The notes under the pieces: model-generated
Seen by the model: only the letters and a program-made list of their open reading frames with translations
The model's database searches: none
What the model was told of the DNA's origin: nothing
Shown here: positions 26,931 to 36,956 of the stretch, one piece after another
Layout of the letters: each line of letters begins with the position of its first letter
How positions within the stretch are numbered: the stretch's first letter is position 1
From: an uncultured Butyricicoccus sp.
GTDB lineage: Bacteria > Bacillota > Clostridia > Oscillospirales > Butyricicoccaceae
Reading direction: 5' to 3'
NCBI GenBank assembly: GCA_944381005.1
Contig: CALWJM010000008.1
Coordinates: forward strand, 713 to 64,712
Length of the DNA: 64,000 nucleotides
Program-made: the position numbers and the translations under genes

Positions 26931-28874
26931 ATGAAAGAGTTAGTTTATACCACAGACCGTTGCATTGGGTGCAACAAGTGTATTGCAGCCTGCCCAGTGC
27001 TGAATGCAAACTGTGTGGTAGAACAGCCGGATAATACACAAATGATTCATGTAGATGCTTCCAAGTGTATTGCTTGCGGCTCTTGTTTGGATGCGTGTGA
27101 ACATCATGCCAGAGAGTTTCATGATGATATCCAGCAGTTCATAGAGGATTTGAAGCAGGGGAAAAAGATATCTGTTTTGTATGCGCCGGCTTTGGTTGCA
27201 AATTATCCGACGGAGTACAAAAATATTCTGGGCGCACTTAAAAAGTTGGGGGTTAATCATATTTTAAGTGTGGGATTTGGCGCGGATATCACAACATGGG
27301 CATATATCAATTATATTCAAGAAAATAATTTTCAGGGCGGTATCTCCCAGCCTTGTCCCGCCGTGGTGAGCTATATTGAAAGCTTTATCCCTGAACTGAT
27401 TCCCAAGCTGATGCCCATACATAGTCCTTTGATTTGCGCGGCGATATATGCTAAAAAGTATCTGGGGATTCAGGATAAACTGGCATTCTTGGGGCCATGT
27501 ATTGCCAAAAAAGCTGAAATTATGGACGAAAATACACATGGTTACGTCAGCTATAATATTACATTTGACCACTTGATGAAGTATTTACGCAAACATCCTG
27601 TGCAGAGCCAACCTTTTGAAGAAGAATTGGTGCCGGGGATGGGAAGCATTTACCCCATGCCGGGAGGACTGAAAGAAAATGTTCGCTGGTTCTGTGGGGA
27701 ACAGGTGTTTATTCAGCAGAGTGAGGGCGAAAAAGTCGTTTATAAGATGCTGGAAAAATACGCCAAGCGAGTGAGCGCGGGTAAAAATTTACCGTTTATG
27801 GTGGATGCTCTGAACTGTGAAAACGGTTGCTTAGATGGGCCTGCGGTTGAAGAAAGCAAGCGCGGGAATGATGAAATGCTTTATGCCATTCAGCAGCAAA
27901 AGGCTGCAAAACAAACACATGGACGAGGGGTATGGAGTGCAAAAAAGAGCTGTGAAGCGAGAATGAAAGTCCTCAATCGCGCTTTTGCTAAATTGAACTT
28001 GAGCGATTTTGTACGGCATTACACAGACCGCTCCCGACAAAATAAAGTGCGCATACCCAGTGTGGGTGAGCTTCAGCAAATTTTCCATAGGCTGCAAAAA
28101 AATACACCGGAAAGCCAAACCATCAACTGTGGTGCATGTGGATATGCAACTTGTACAGAGATGGCAACAGCAATTTTTAACGGCTGCAATACACCGAATG
28201 GATGTATTCACTATATAAAATATATGGTGGAGCAGGAGAAAAAAGAAATCCAAGCCATTTCAACCGACGTCATGAACAAGAATAGAACGATTGGGGAGAT
28301 GGTTGAGAATGCCAATACGCAGTTTAGCACTTTGAGCAATTCCATTCATATTATGACCGAACAAAATACCAAGAATGCCGACGAAAGTGTTAGCATCAAC
28401 GAGGCCATGCAGAAAATCGTTGAGTTTAGCGCAAGGTTGACCGAGGTACTCGGTTTGGTTGGAAAACTGCTCGAAGAATTGGAGAAAAATAACAACGGAA
28501 TTAAGGATGTTGCCTTACGAACGCAGCTATTGTCGCTCAACGCTTCGGTGGAAGCGGCGCGCGCAGGTGCGGCAGGCAAAGGTTTTTCGGTTGTTGCAAA
28601 CGAAGTGCGTTCGCTGAGCGAAGCCAGCAAAGAGACTGCGCAGAAGAGCAACAATAATAAAGATGAGATTGACCGCGCATTGCATGAATTGAACGATGAT
28701 GTAAAGCATTTGAGCATGATTACGGACGATGTAAATGAACGGTTGTGCCATTTAACCGCCAATAGTGAAGAAATTGCCGCTTCGGCACAGGATATCAGTG
28801 CGGCAACAGAGAAATTGCAGACATATTTTTTAGAGTTGAGCCAAATGAGCCATAGCACCGAAGAAGAACACTAA
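26931..28874 (+). CDS. Sensory-type [FeFe]-hydrogenase fused to a soluble MCP signalling domain
   Basis: CIGCNKC/CIACGSC ferredoxin; variant H-cluster motifs SQPCP, GPCIAKKAE, DALNCENGC; CGACGYATC..C FeS; LSLNASVEAARAGAAGKGFSVVANEVR; no TM. Confidence 0.88.
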   Translation: MKELVYTTDRCIGCNKCIAACPVLNANCVVEQPDNTQMIHVDASKCIACGSCLDACEHHAREFHDDIQQFIEDLKQGKKISVLYAPALVANYPTEYKNILGALKKLGVNHILSVGFGADITTWAYINYIQENNFQGGISQPCPAVVSYIESFIPELIPKLMPIHSPLICAAIYAKKYLGIQDKLAFLGPCIAKKAEIMDENTHGYVSYNITFDHLMKYLRKHPVQSQPFEEELVPGMGSIYPMPGGLKENVRWFCGEQVFIQQSEGEKVVYKMLEKYAKRVSAGKNLPFMVDALNCENGCLDGPAVEESKRGNDEMLYAIQQQKAAKQTHGRGVWSAKKSCEARMKVLNRAFAKLNLSDFVRHYTDRSRQNKVRIPSVGELQQIFHRLQKNTPESQTINCGACGYATCTEMATAIFNGCNTPNGCIHYIKYMVEQEKKEIQAISTDVMNKNRTIGEMVENANTQFSTLSNSIHIMTEQNTKNADESVSINEAMQKIVEFSARLTEVLGLVGKLLEELEKNNNGIKDVALRTQLLSLNASVEAARAGAAGKGFSVVANEVRSLSEASKETAQKSNNNKDEIDRALHELNDDVKHLSMITDDVNERLCHLTANSEEIAASAQDISAATEKLQTYFLELSQMSHSTEEEH

Positions 28875-28925
28875 GCTGGACTTAGGGGGGATATGTGCCA
28901 TGTGCAAGGTACAGACTTGACGAAT

Positions 28926-28986
28926 AGAGCAAAATTTTACAGAACGACTTTATTGGTGGTCGTGCTGTGGAATTTTGCTCTTTTTT
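28926..28986 (+). terminator. Long terminator hairpin
   Basis: AGAGCAAAATTTTACAG...CTGTGGAATTTTGCTCT-TTTTT. Confidence 0.75.
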
Positions 28987-29041
28987 GCAAATAAAGCATG
29001 TTGCATCGGCGGCGTTAAAATATGCGAGAGGTATTTAAAAG

Positions 29042-29086
29042 TTTTACTAAAAAATTATTGCCTTTTTAGTAAAGAGTTTATATAAT
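29042..29086 (+). promoter_or_regulatory. gal operon promoter with inverted GalR-type operators
   Basis: TTGCCT-17-TATAAT (29058-29086); TTTTACTAAA (29042) and TTTTAGTAAA (29064, within spacer). Confidence 0.7.
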
Positions 29087-29135
29087 AGAAGTAACGGCAT
29101 CGTATCTTAAATTTACATGATGGGAGACGAGATGT

Positions 29136-30422
29136 ATGAAAAGTTTACTTGACCTGCAACAGGACCTGCAAAATGGCGTTTTGAATTCGCGGCTTCAGTC
29201 TCTTTGCGGTCTGGGCAGTTCCGAATTAGGTGAAAAGCGGGAACGCCTTGCACGACTGATGAAGCTGTATGGCGAAAAATTCGGTATAGAATCAGAAGTA
29301 TCTCTCTTTTCTAGCCCCGGTCGCACCGAAATGGGCGGCAATCACACCGACCATCAGCATGGTTGCGTGCTGGCAGGGCCGGTAAATTTGGATATGTTGG
29401 CTTGTGCAGGTGCAAACGGCGGTAAAATGGCTTGTATCCACTCGGACGGTTATCCGGCGATTGAGATTGACCTCACCGAGCTGACCCCCAAGCAGGAAGA
29501 AGAAGGAACTTCGGCGGCGTTGGTGCGCGGTATCGCCAGCCGATTGCATGAAATGGGGTATACCATTGGCGGTTTCAATGCCTGTGTCGATTCCACGGTT
29601 TTGGGTGGTTCGGGTCTGTCCTCTTCGGCTGCTTATGAAATTCTCATCGGCATTATCATGAATCACTTGTTCTGTGAAGATGCGCTGGATGCGATTACCA
29701 TTGCACAGATTGGCCAGTATGCCGAGAATCAATTCTTCGGCAAACCGTGCGGCCTGATGGACCAATTGGCGTGCGCGGTTGGCGGTATCATCTCGATTGA
29801 CTTTAATGACCCGGCAACACCGGTGGTCAATAAAATTCATTATGACTTGCGTTCGTCCGGATATGTTTTGTGCATCATTGATTCAGGTGCAGACCATGCC
29901 GACTTGACCAACGAATATGCGGCAGTTTCGGCTGAAATGCGTGCGGTTGCGACTTGTTTTGGCAAGGAATTCTTGCGCGAAGTGGATGAAAAAGAATTTT
30001 GGAGCCAGCTTGCAAAGGTTAGACAGCAGGCAGGCGACCGCGCAGTTTTGCGCGCTATGCACTTCTTTGCCGATAACAAGACCGCACTCAAGGAAGCACA
30101 GGCACTGGAAAAGGATGACTTCCAGTATTTCCTGTCGCTGGTGAACCAGTCCGGTCGTTCGTCTGCGACGCAGCTGCAAAATCTGTTCTGCACCGCACGC
30201 CCGCAGGAACAGGCCGTTCCGCTGACTATCGCGTTGGCACAGCATTTACTGGGCGGAGAAGGCGCTGTGCGTGTACATGGCGGCGGCTTTGCCGGAACTG
30301 TACAGGCTTATGTGCCGATGGCACAGAAGGAAACGTTCCGGGAGGGCATGGAAGCCGTACTGGGTGAAGGAAGCTGTCATTTCCTGTTTATCCGTCAGGA
30401 AGGCGGCATCGTCATCGCTTAA
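29136..30422 (+). CDS. galK: Galactokinase
   Basis: SPGRTEMGGNHTDH, GSGLSSSA, CGLMDQ, RVHGGGFAG. Confidence 0.95.
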   Translation: MKSLLDLQQDLQNGVLNSRLQSLCGLGSSELGEKRERLARLMKLYGEKFGIESEVSLFSSPGRTEMGGNHTDHQHGCVLAGPVNLDMLACAGANGGKMACIHSDGYPAIEIDLTELTPKQEEEGTSAALVRGIASRLHEMGYTIGGFNACVDSTVLGGSGLSSSAAYEILIGIIMNHLFCEDALDAITIAQIGQYAENQFFGKPCGLMDQLACAVGGIISIDFNDPATPVVNKIHYDLRSSGYVLCIIDSGADHADLTNEYAAVSAEMRAVATCFGKEFLREVDEKEFWSQLAKVRQQAGDRAVLRAMHFFADNKTALKEAQALEKDDFQYFLSLVNQSGRSSATQLQNLFCTARPQEQAVPLTIALAQHLLGGEGAVRVHGGGFAGTVQAYVPMAQKETFREGMEAVLGEGSCHFLFIRQEGGIVIA

Positions 30423-30467
30423 TCCGGTTGGGTCATATTTTTATATTCTTTTGGGAGGTCTTACATC

Positions 30468-31457
30468 ATGTCTATTTTAGTTTTGGGAGGCGCCGGCTAT
30501 ATCGGCTCTCATACGGCTCGTGCATTGGTGGATGCGGGTCATGACGTTGTGGTTGCGGACAATTTGGAAACCGGTTTCCGCGCGGCTGTGCCCGAAAAAG
30601 CGCGTTTTTATCAGGGAGATATCCGCGACCGCGCATTTGTAGACCATGTATTTGAAAGTGAGTCGATTGACGGCGTGATTCACTTTGCAGCCAATTCTCA
30701 GGTTGGCGAGAGTATGCGCGACCCGCTCAAGTATTATGATAACAACCTGTGCGGCACCAAGACGCTGCTGGACAGCATGGTCGCACACAATGTCCTGAAA
30801 ATTGTATTCTCGTCCACGGCGGCGACTTATGGCGAACCTGAACGGGTTCCGATTCTGGAAACCGACCGCACCGAGCCGACTAACTGCTATGGTGAAACCA
30901 AGCTGTCGATGGAAAAAATGATGAAGTGGGTTTCCAATGCACATGGCCTGCGCTTTGTTGCGCTGCGCTACTTCAATGCCTGTGGCGCACATCCGGACGG
31001 CTCGATTGGTGAGGCGCACAACCCCGAAACCCATCTGATTCCGCTGATTCTTCAGGTGCCCAACGGACAGCGCGAAGCCATTTCCATTTTTGGCACAGAC
31101 TACCCGACCGAAGACGGCACTTGTATTCGTGACTATATCCATGTATGCGACTTAGCACAGGCACATATTCTGGCATTGGAATATCTGCTCAAAGGCGGCG
31201 ACAATAATGTATTTAATCTGGGCAATGGCGTAGGTTTCTCGGTTAAGCAGGTCATTGACGAGGCGCGCCGCGTGACTGGCCATCCCATTCCGGCTAAGGA
31301 AGAAGCCCGTCGTGCAGGTGACCCGGCTCAGCTGATTGCATCGAGCGAAAAGGCAAAGTCGGTTCTGGGTTGGAAGCCCGAATATGATGATTTGAACACC
31401 ATTATTCAGACTGCATGGGATTGGCACAAAAACCACCCGCATGGATATGAGGATTGA
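30468..31457 (+). CDS. galE: UDP-glucose 4-epimerase
   Basis: GGAGYIGSH, FSSTAATYG, YGETK, LRYFNA, HLIP, RDYIHV. Confidence 0.97.
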   Translation: MSILVLGGAGYIGSHTARALVDAGHDVVVADNLETGFRAAVPEKARFYQGDIRDRAFVDHVFESESIDGVIHFAANSQVGESMRDPLKYYDNNLCGTKTLLDSMVAHNVLKIVFSSTAATYGEPERVPILETDRTEPTNCYGETKLSMEKMMKWVSNAHGLRFVALRYFNACGAHPDGSIGEAHNPETHLIPLILQVPNGQREAISIFGTDYPTEDGTCIRDYIHVCDLAQAHILALEYLLKGGDNNVFNLGNGVGFSVKQVIDEARRVTGHPIPAKEEARRAGDPAQLIASSEKAKSVLGWKPEYDDLNTIIQTAWDWHKNHPHGYED

Positions 31458-31474
31458 ACGGGAGGAAGCGCAAT

Positions 31475-32971
31475 ATGATTGATGTTGCAATTGCAAAGCT
31501 GGTGCGCTACGCCCAAGATACAGGTTTGATTGCACCGGAAGACCACACTTGGGCCGTCAATACGCTGCTGGAAGCGTTGAAGCTGGATAGCTGGGAACAG
31601 CCCGAACTGGACAATGAACCGATTGACCTGCCTGCGGTGCTGGATGAGCTGATGAATGATGCACATGCACGCGGTGTACTGGAGAACGATTCGATTGTGT
31701 ACCGTGATTTGTTTGATACTAGCTTGATGGGACGGCTGACACCGCCGCCGCGTGAGGTCATTGCACGGTTCCGTGAGCTGTATGCAAAGAATCCGATTGA
31801 AGCAACCGATTGGTATTATAAGTTCAGTCAAGACACCAACTATATTCGCCGTGACCGCATTGCACGCGACGTGCAGTGGAAAGCGCAGACCGATTACGGT
31901 GAATTGGATATTACGATTAACCTGTCCAAGCCCGAAAAAGACCCCAAGGCGATTGCGGCTGCACGCGATTTGCCGGCATCGCAGTATCCCAAGTGTCAGC
32001 TTTGTCAGGAAAATGAAGGGTATGCAGGACGGGTCAACCATCCGGCACGTCAAAATCACCGCATCATTCCGATTACGATTGACAAAAATCCGTGGTATCT
32101 GCAATATTCGCCCTATGTGTACTACAATGAACACTGCATCGTGTTCAATTCGCAGCACACCCCCATGAAGATTGACCGTGCATGTTTCCGTAAGCTGCTG
32201 GACTTTATCGGTCAGTTCCCACATTATTTTGTTGGTTCTAATGCTGATTTGCCCATCGTTGGCGGCTCGATTTTGGCACATGACCATTTTCAGGGCGGTC
32301 ACTATGAATTTGCTATGGCAAAAGCACCGGTTGAAACACCGCTGTCGTTCAAGGGATTCGATGATGTGCGAGCGGGCATTGTGCGCTGGCCGATGTCGGT
32401 CATTCGCCTGACCGCAGCCGACCCCGACCGTCTGGTGGACTTGGCTGACAAGATTTTGCTTGCATGGCGTGGCTACACCGATGAGCAGGCAATGATTTTT
32501 GCCCAAACAGATGGCGTACCGCACAACACCATTACCCCAATCGCGCGCCGCCGCGGCAGCGATTATGAATTGGATTTGGTGTTAAGAAATAACTTGACCA
32601 CCGAAGAACATCCGCTTGGCTTGTACCATCCCCACGCAGAATTACACCACATCAAGAAAGAGAATATCGGCTTGATTGAGGTAATGGGCTTGGCAGTTCT
32701 CCCGGCACGTCTGAAACAGGAATTGGCTGTTTTGGGTGAAAAAATGGTCAAGGGTGAGGACTTGCGCGCCGACCCGATGACCGCTGCACATGCAGACTGG
32801 GCGGAAAAAATTCTTGCACAGTATGATGTAACCGCTTCTAATGTTGACGATATTCTGAAAAAAGAAGTCGGTTTGGTATTTGCAACTGTACTCGAACATG
32901 CAGGCGTTTATAAGCGAAACGCGGACGGTAAAGCAGCTTTCCTGCGTTTTGCGGAAAGTGTGAATGTATGA
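31475..32971 (+). CDS. galT: Galactose-1-phosphate uridylyltransferase (Gram-positive type II)
   Basis: ITINLSKPEKDPK, YPKCQLC.ENEGY, SNADLPIVGGSILAHDHFQGG, HHIKKENIGLIEVMG; ATG 31475 after GGAGG. Confidence 0.96.
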   Translation: MIDVAIAKLVRYAQDTGLIAPEDHTWAVNTLLEALKLDSWEQPELDNEPIDLPAVLDELMNDAHARGVLENDSIVYRDLFDTSLMGRLTPPPREVIARFRELYAKNPIEATDWYYKFSQDTNYIRRDRIARDVQWKAQTDYGELDITINLSKPEKDPKAIAAARDLPASQYPKCQLCQENEGYAGRVNHPARQNHRIIPITIDKNPWYLQYSPYVYYNEHCIVFNSQHTPMKIDRACFRKLLDFIGQFPHYFVGSNADLPIVGGSILAHDHFQGGHYEFAMAKAPVETPLSFKGFDDVRAGIVRWPMSVIRLTAADPDRLVDLADKILLAWRGYTDEQAMIFAQTDGVPHNTITPIARRRGSDYELDLVLRNNLTTEEHPLGLYHPHAELHHIKKENIGLIEVMGLAVLPARLKQELAVLGEKMVKGEDLRADPMTAAHADWAEKILAQYDVTASNVDDILKKEVGLVFATVLEHAGVYKRNADGKAAFLRFAESVNV

Positions 32972-34011
32972 AGATTGTAAATGAACCGTTTGGCGTGACC
33001 GCGCAGGGACAGCCGGTAGAACGCTATACGCTGACCGATGGCAATTGTTCGGCATCGGTTCTGACATTGGGCGGTATTTTGCAGTCGTGGACGGTGCCCG
33101 ACCGCAATGGCGCACCCACTGATATTGTACTGGGATTTGATTCTGTTGGTGCCTATGAAGCACAAGATTGCTATATCGGTGCTTTGCTGGGACGCTGCGC
33201 CAATCGCATTGCGGATGGCCGCATCACAGTTGGACAGCAGACCTATACACTGGCCTGCAATGACAACGGCATCAATCATTTACACGGCGGCATGGTTGGC
33301 TTTGACCGCCGTATCTGGAAAGCAACCGTGTTACCCGATGGATTGCAGCTTCAATATGAAAGTCCAGACGGGGAAGAAGGGTATCCGGGACGCTTGAGCG
33401 TAACGGCAATTTACCGTTTGACACAGGATACCTTGTCGATTGAATTCTTTGCACAAAGCGACAAGGATACCGTTTGCAATTTGTCCAGCCACAGCTACTT
33501 TAATTTGGGTGGACATGCTTCGGGGTCGGTGGGCAGTCAGATGATTCAGGTAGACGCCGACCGCTATACACCGCTTGCTTCCAACAATGCCCCCACAGGT
33601 GAAGTTGCATCGGTTGAGGGCACACCATTCGATTTGCGTCAACCGGTACGGTTTGATGCAGGATGGGACAGCGATTTTACACAGATTGCTTTGGCTGGTG
33701 GCTATGACCACAATTATATCCCGGCTGGAGATGGTCTGCGCCCGTTTGCACAGGCATCGTGCCCACAAACTGGCATTACTTTAACCGTTACATCTGACAT
33801 GCCGGGTGTGCAGTTGTATACTGGTAATTTCCTGCGTGATGACTTGCCGGAAGGCAAACAGCACGCCAAATACGACCGTCGCCATGGCTTCTGTCTGGAA
33901 ACACAGTTTTGGCCTAATGCGTTTGCTTGTCCAGATTTCCCGCAGCCGATTGTACATGCGGGTGAAACCTATCATCATATTACCAACTATCGGTATTCTG
34001 TCTGCCCATAA
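32968..34011 (+). CDS. galM: Aldose 1-epimerase
   Basis: GRCANRI, NHLHGG, SHSYFNL, GYDHN, GFCLETQ. Confidence 0.95.
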   Translation: MKIVNEPFGVTAQGQPVERYTLTDGNCSASVLTLGGILQSWTVPDRNGAPTDIVLGFDSVGAYEAQDCYIGALLGRCANRIADGRITVGQQTYTLACNDNGINHLHGGMVGFDRRIWKATVLPDGLQLQYESPDGEEGYPGRLSVTAIYRLTQDTLSIEFFAQSDKDTVCNLSSHSYFNLGGHASGSVGSQMIQVDADRYTPLASNNAPTGEVASVEGTPFDLRQPVRFDAGWDSDFTQIALAGGYDHNYIPAGDGLRPFAQASCPQTGITLTVTSDMPGVQLYTGNFLRDDLPEGKQHAKYDRRHGFCLETQFWPNAFACPDFPQPIVHAGETYHHITNYRYSVCP

Positions 34012-34047
34012 GGCAGGCTAGAACACGCCTCTTTTTCTTCTTTCTCT

Positions 34048-34095
34048 AAAAGGGAGACCGCGCAAAGCCTTATGGCTTGCGCGGTCTCTCTTTTT
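34048..34095 (+). terminator. Terminator of galKETM
   Basis: AAAAGGGAGACCGCGCAA...TTGCGCGGTCTCTCTTTTT. Confidence 0.85.
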
Positions 34096-34206
34096 GTTAG
34101 GTTTATTTGTGTAGGGTTGTTAGGGCGTTATGTTAATAGAGAATGTGTGGTATCGGGAAAACGGACGAACGCAAAAATAGGCGCGTTGTGTGTGGAGAAA
34201 GGGAAC

Positions 34207-34246
34207 AAAAGAATACCGGCAACTGCCATAAGCAGTTGCCGGTATT
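34207..34246 (-). terminator. Terminator of mgl operon
   Basis: 15-bp perfect stem AATACCGGCAACTGC/GCAGTTGCCGGTATT followed by T tract on minus strand. Confidence 0.85.
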
Positions 34247-34261
34247 GTTATAAAGAGAGAT

Positions 34262-35257
34262 TTACTTTTTGCCGAGGTATTTACGCAGGTCGAGTGCGAC
34301 TGCGATGATGATGACGAAGCCCTGTACGATGTAAGTAATAGCCGGGTCAACACCCATGAACTGCAAGCAGATTTTCAGGGTTTCAAATACCAGTACACCA
34401 ATCAGAACACCGGAAACACGTCCGACACCACCGTTTGTCGAAACGCCGCCAATCGTACAAGCTGCGATAGCTTCCAATTCGTAACCGAAACCGGTTGCGG
34501 TCGAAGCACCGCCTGCTTTTGCGCCCAGCAGGAAACCGCCGAGGCCATACAGAACAGCAGCCAGAATATAAATGCGAATCAGGGTAGCAGATACATTAAC
34601 GCCTGCAACCTGCGCAGCATTTTCATTGCCGCCGATTGCGTACATATATTTACCGTGACGAGTCTTGTTAAACAGAACCCAAGTATAAATACCAACGATG
34701 ACAGCGATGATGGTCAGATAGGGGATGGGGCCAAGGCTGCCCGAAGCGACCTTGGAGTAAGCTGACTTGTAACCGCCAAGGGGCTGGTTATCGGTGATAA
34801 CCGAGCACAGGCCATACACGATAGTCTGCATACCGAGGGTTGCGATAAAGGGCGGCACTTTGAGGAAAGCGATAACACAGCCATTGATTGCACCAAAGAC
34901 TGCCATAATTGCCAGCACGATAATAAGACCAACCCAAACCGGGATATCGGGCATCCAGGGAAGCATACGCGCCGAATATGTAACATCCTGAAGCAGCATA
35001 GCGGAAAGGCAAGCAGACAAGCCAACCATACGGCCAGCAGACAGGTCAGTACCTTTGGTAATCAAGCAGCCGGACACACCACAAGCGATGATGAAGCGGG
35101 GAGCCACATTGATTAACAAGTTTTTGCCATTATTTAGCGTAAAGAAATTCTGTGTTGTGAAGCCAACGAACAGCGCAAGCAATATAATCAGAATGATGAT
35201 TGCGTTGTTTGAGGCAAAATTTTGAATGCTTTTGGCATTGATTTTACCTTGTTTCAT
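34262..35257 (-). CDS. mglC: Galactoside ABC transporter permease
   Basis: GTDLSAGR, PPFIATLG, AIGGNENAAQVAGVNV, YELEAIAACTIGGVS. Confidence 0.93.
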   Translation of the reverse strand: MKQGKINAKSIQNFASNNAIIILIILLALFVGFTTQNFFTLNNGKNLLINVAPRFIIACGVSGCLITKGTDLSAGRMVGLSACLSAMLLQDVTYSARMLPWMPDIPVWVGLIIVLAIMAVFGAINGCVIAFLKVPPFIATLGMQTIVYGLCSVITDNQPLGGYKSAYSKVASGSLGPIPYLTIIAVIVGIYTWVLFNKTRHGKYMYAIGGNENAAQVAGVNVSATLIRIYILAAVLYGLGGFLLGAKAGGASTATGFGYELEAIAACTIGGVSTNGGVGRVSGVLIGVLVFETLKICLQFMGVDPAITYIVQGFVIIIAVALDLRKYLGKK

Positions 35258-35272
35258 TTCTCTTCCTCCTAC

Positions 35273-36781
35273 TTACTCAAAACGGGTTGCCAGTTCCATA
35301 ATATTTTCCTGATTGGCGTCCTTGCCGTCAATCACGCCCGTGCATCTGCCATCACACATGACCATAATGCGGTCAGACATGCCCATTAGTTCGCTCATTT
35401 CCGACGAAATCAGGATAATACTTTTGCCCTGCTTGGCAAGTTCTGCGATAATGCAGTAGATTTCATACTTTGCACCGACATCAATGCCGCGTGTGGGTTC
35501 GTCCAGAATGAAGATATCTGGGTCATTTGCCAGCCAGCGGCTGATGAGCACCTTTTGCTGGTTACCACCAGACAGTGTTTGAATGAGCGTCTTGGATGAC
35601 GGTGTTTTGATGGACAGTTTAGCAACGTTGTCCTGTACCAGTTTTTCAATCTTTTTGTCGTCCAACAGACAACCGGCAATCAGATATTTGTTCAGGGAGG
35701 AGATTGAGACATTATCTGCAATCGAAAGAACCCCCATGATACCAGTTGCACGCCGGTCTTCGGTCAGAAGTGCGATACCGCTTTTAATGGCGTCGGACGG
35801 CTGATTGATTTTGAGTTCTTTGTTTTTATAATAGATAGCGCCTTTGCTGTGACAGCGCAAACCGAAGATACCTTCCATTAGTTCGGTACGCTGTGCGCCG
35901 ACCAGGCCGGCTACGCCGAGAATTTCGCCTTTGCGCACATTGAAGTTGACATTGCGAAAACTCTTGGGGTTGATAGAGGTAAAATCTTTGACTTCAAAGA
36001 CCACTTCACCCGGTTCATTTTGACGTTGTGGGTACAAGTTACTCAGCTCACGGCCAACCATTTTGGTGATAATCATATCGGTTGTCAGTTCTTTTGCAGC
36101 CCAAGTACCGATATACTGACCGTCGCGCATGATGGTGACTTCGTCGGAGATGCGTAAAATCTCGTCCATCTTGTGGCTGATGTAGACAATTGAAACGCCG
36201 CGGTCACGCAGTTCGTTTACGATGGTGAACAGCGCTTCGACTTCGGCGGCTGTCAGCGAAGAAGTTGGCTCGTCCAGAATCAGCACCTTACAATCGGCAG
36301 AAACGGCCTTGGCGATTTCGACGAGCTGCATCTGAGAAACACTAAGGGTACCAAGCTTGGTCTTGGGGTCATATGGCAGATGCACTTCTTTGAGGACGGC
36401 TGCGGCATCCTCGTATAGTTTTTGATGGTCGATGAATGACAGCGGCCCGATTTTTTTAAGCGGATAACGCCCGATGTAAATATTTTCACCGACACTGCGT
36501 TCGGGGATGGGCTGTAATTCCTGATGCACCATAGCAATACCACGGTGCAGCGCGTCAAGCGGCCCTTTGATTTGGACTTTTTGCCCCTCGTAGTAAACTT
36601 CACCTTCATCCATGTGATAAATACCGAACATACATTTCATCAACGTGGATTTTCCGGCACCGTTTTCTCCCATCAGGGCATGAACCGTACCAGGCCGCAA
36701 TTTGAGCTGGGCGTGATCCAGCGCCTTGACACCGGGGAACATTTTTACAACTCCCCGCATTTCCAAACGATATTCCGACAC
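35273..36781 (-). CDS. mglA: Galactoside ABC transporter ATP-binding protein
   Basis: GENGAGKST, tandem ABC domains, LSGGNQQK, LDEPTRGIDVGAK. Confidence 0.94.
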   Translation of the reverse strand: MSEYRLEMRGVVKMFPGVKALDHAQLKLRPGTVHALMGENGAGKSTLMKCMFGIYHMDEGEVYYEGQKVQIKGPLDALHRGIAMVHQELQPIPERSVGENIYIGRYPLKKIGPLSFIDHQKLYEDAAAVLKEVHLPYDPKTKLGTLSVSQMQLVEIAKAVSADCKVLILDEPTSSLTAAEVEALFTIVNELRDRGVSIVYISHKMDEILRISDEVTIMRDGQYIGTWAAKELTTDMIITKMVGRELSNLYPQRQNEPGEVVFEVKDFTSINPKSFRNVNFNVRKGEILGVAGLVGAQRTELMEGIFGLRCHSKGAIYYKNKELKINQPSDAIKSGIALLTEDRRATGIMGVLSIADNVSISSLNKYLIAGCLLDDKKIEKLVQDNVAKLSIKTPSSKTLIQTLSGGNQQKVLISRWLANDPDIFILDEPTRGIDVGAKYEIYCIIAELAKQGKSIILISSEMSELMGMSDRIMVMCDGRCTGVIDGKDANQENIMELATRFE

Positions 36782-36896
36782 TTGGCCGACCCCTTTCTAC
36801 TAAGACTCCAGCGTTCATTCCTATTTTAAAAAATACAGCATTTAGAAGCGAGTTCAAGGCTGCATTTCTTAGAATAGCAACCAATCGCAATTGAGG

Positions 36897-36939
36897 AAAA
36901 AGAAAACGAGGTGCGTGCGCTGCGCACACGCACCTCGTT
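36897..36939 (-). promoter_or_regulatory. Intercistronic stem-loop between mglB and mglA
   Basis: 13-bp perfect stem AACGAGGTGCGTG/CACGCACCTCGTT plus T-rich tail on minus strand. Confidence 0.7.
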
Positions 36940-36956
36940 CGGTTAGTTGTTGTCTA

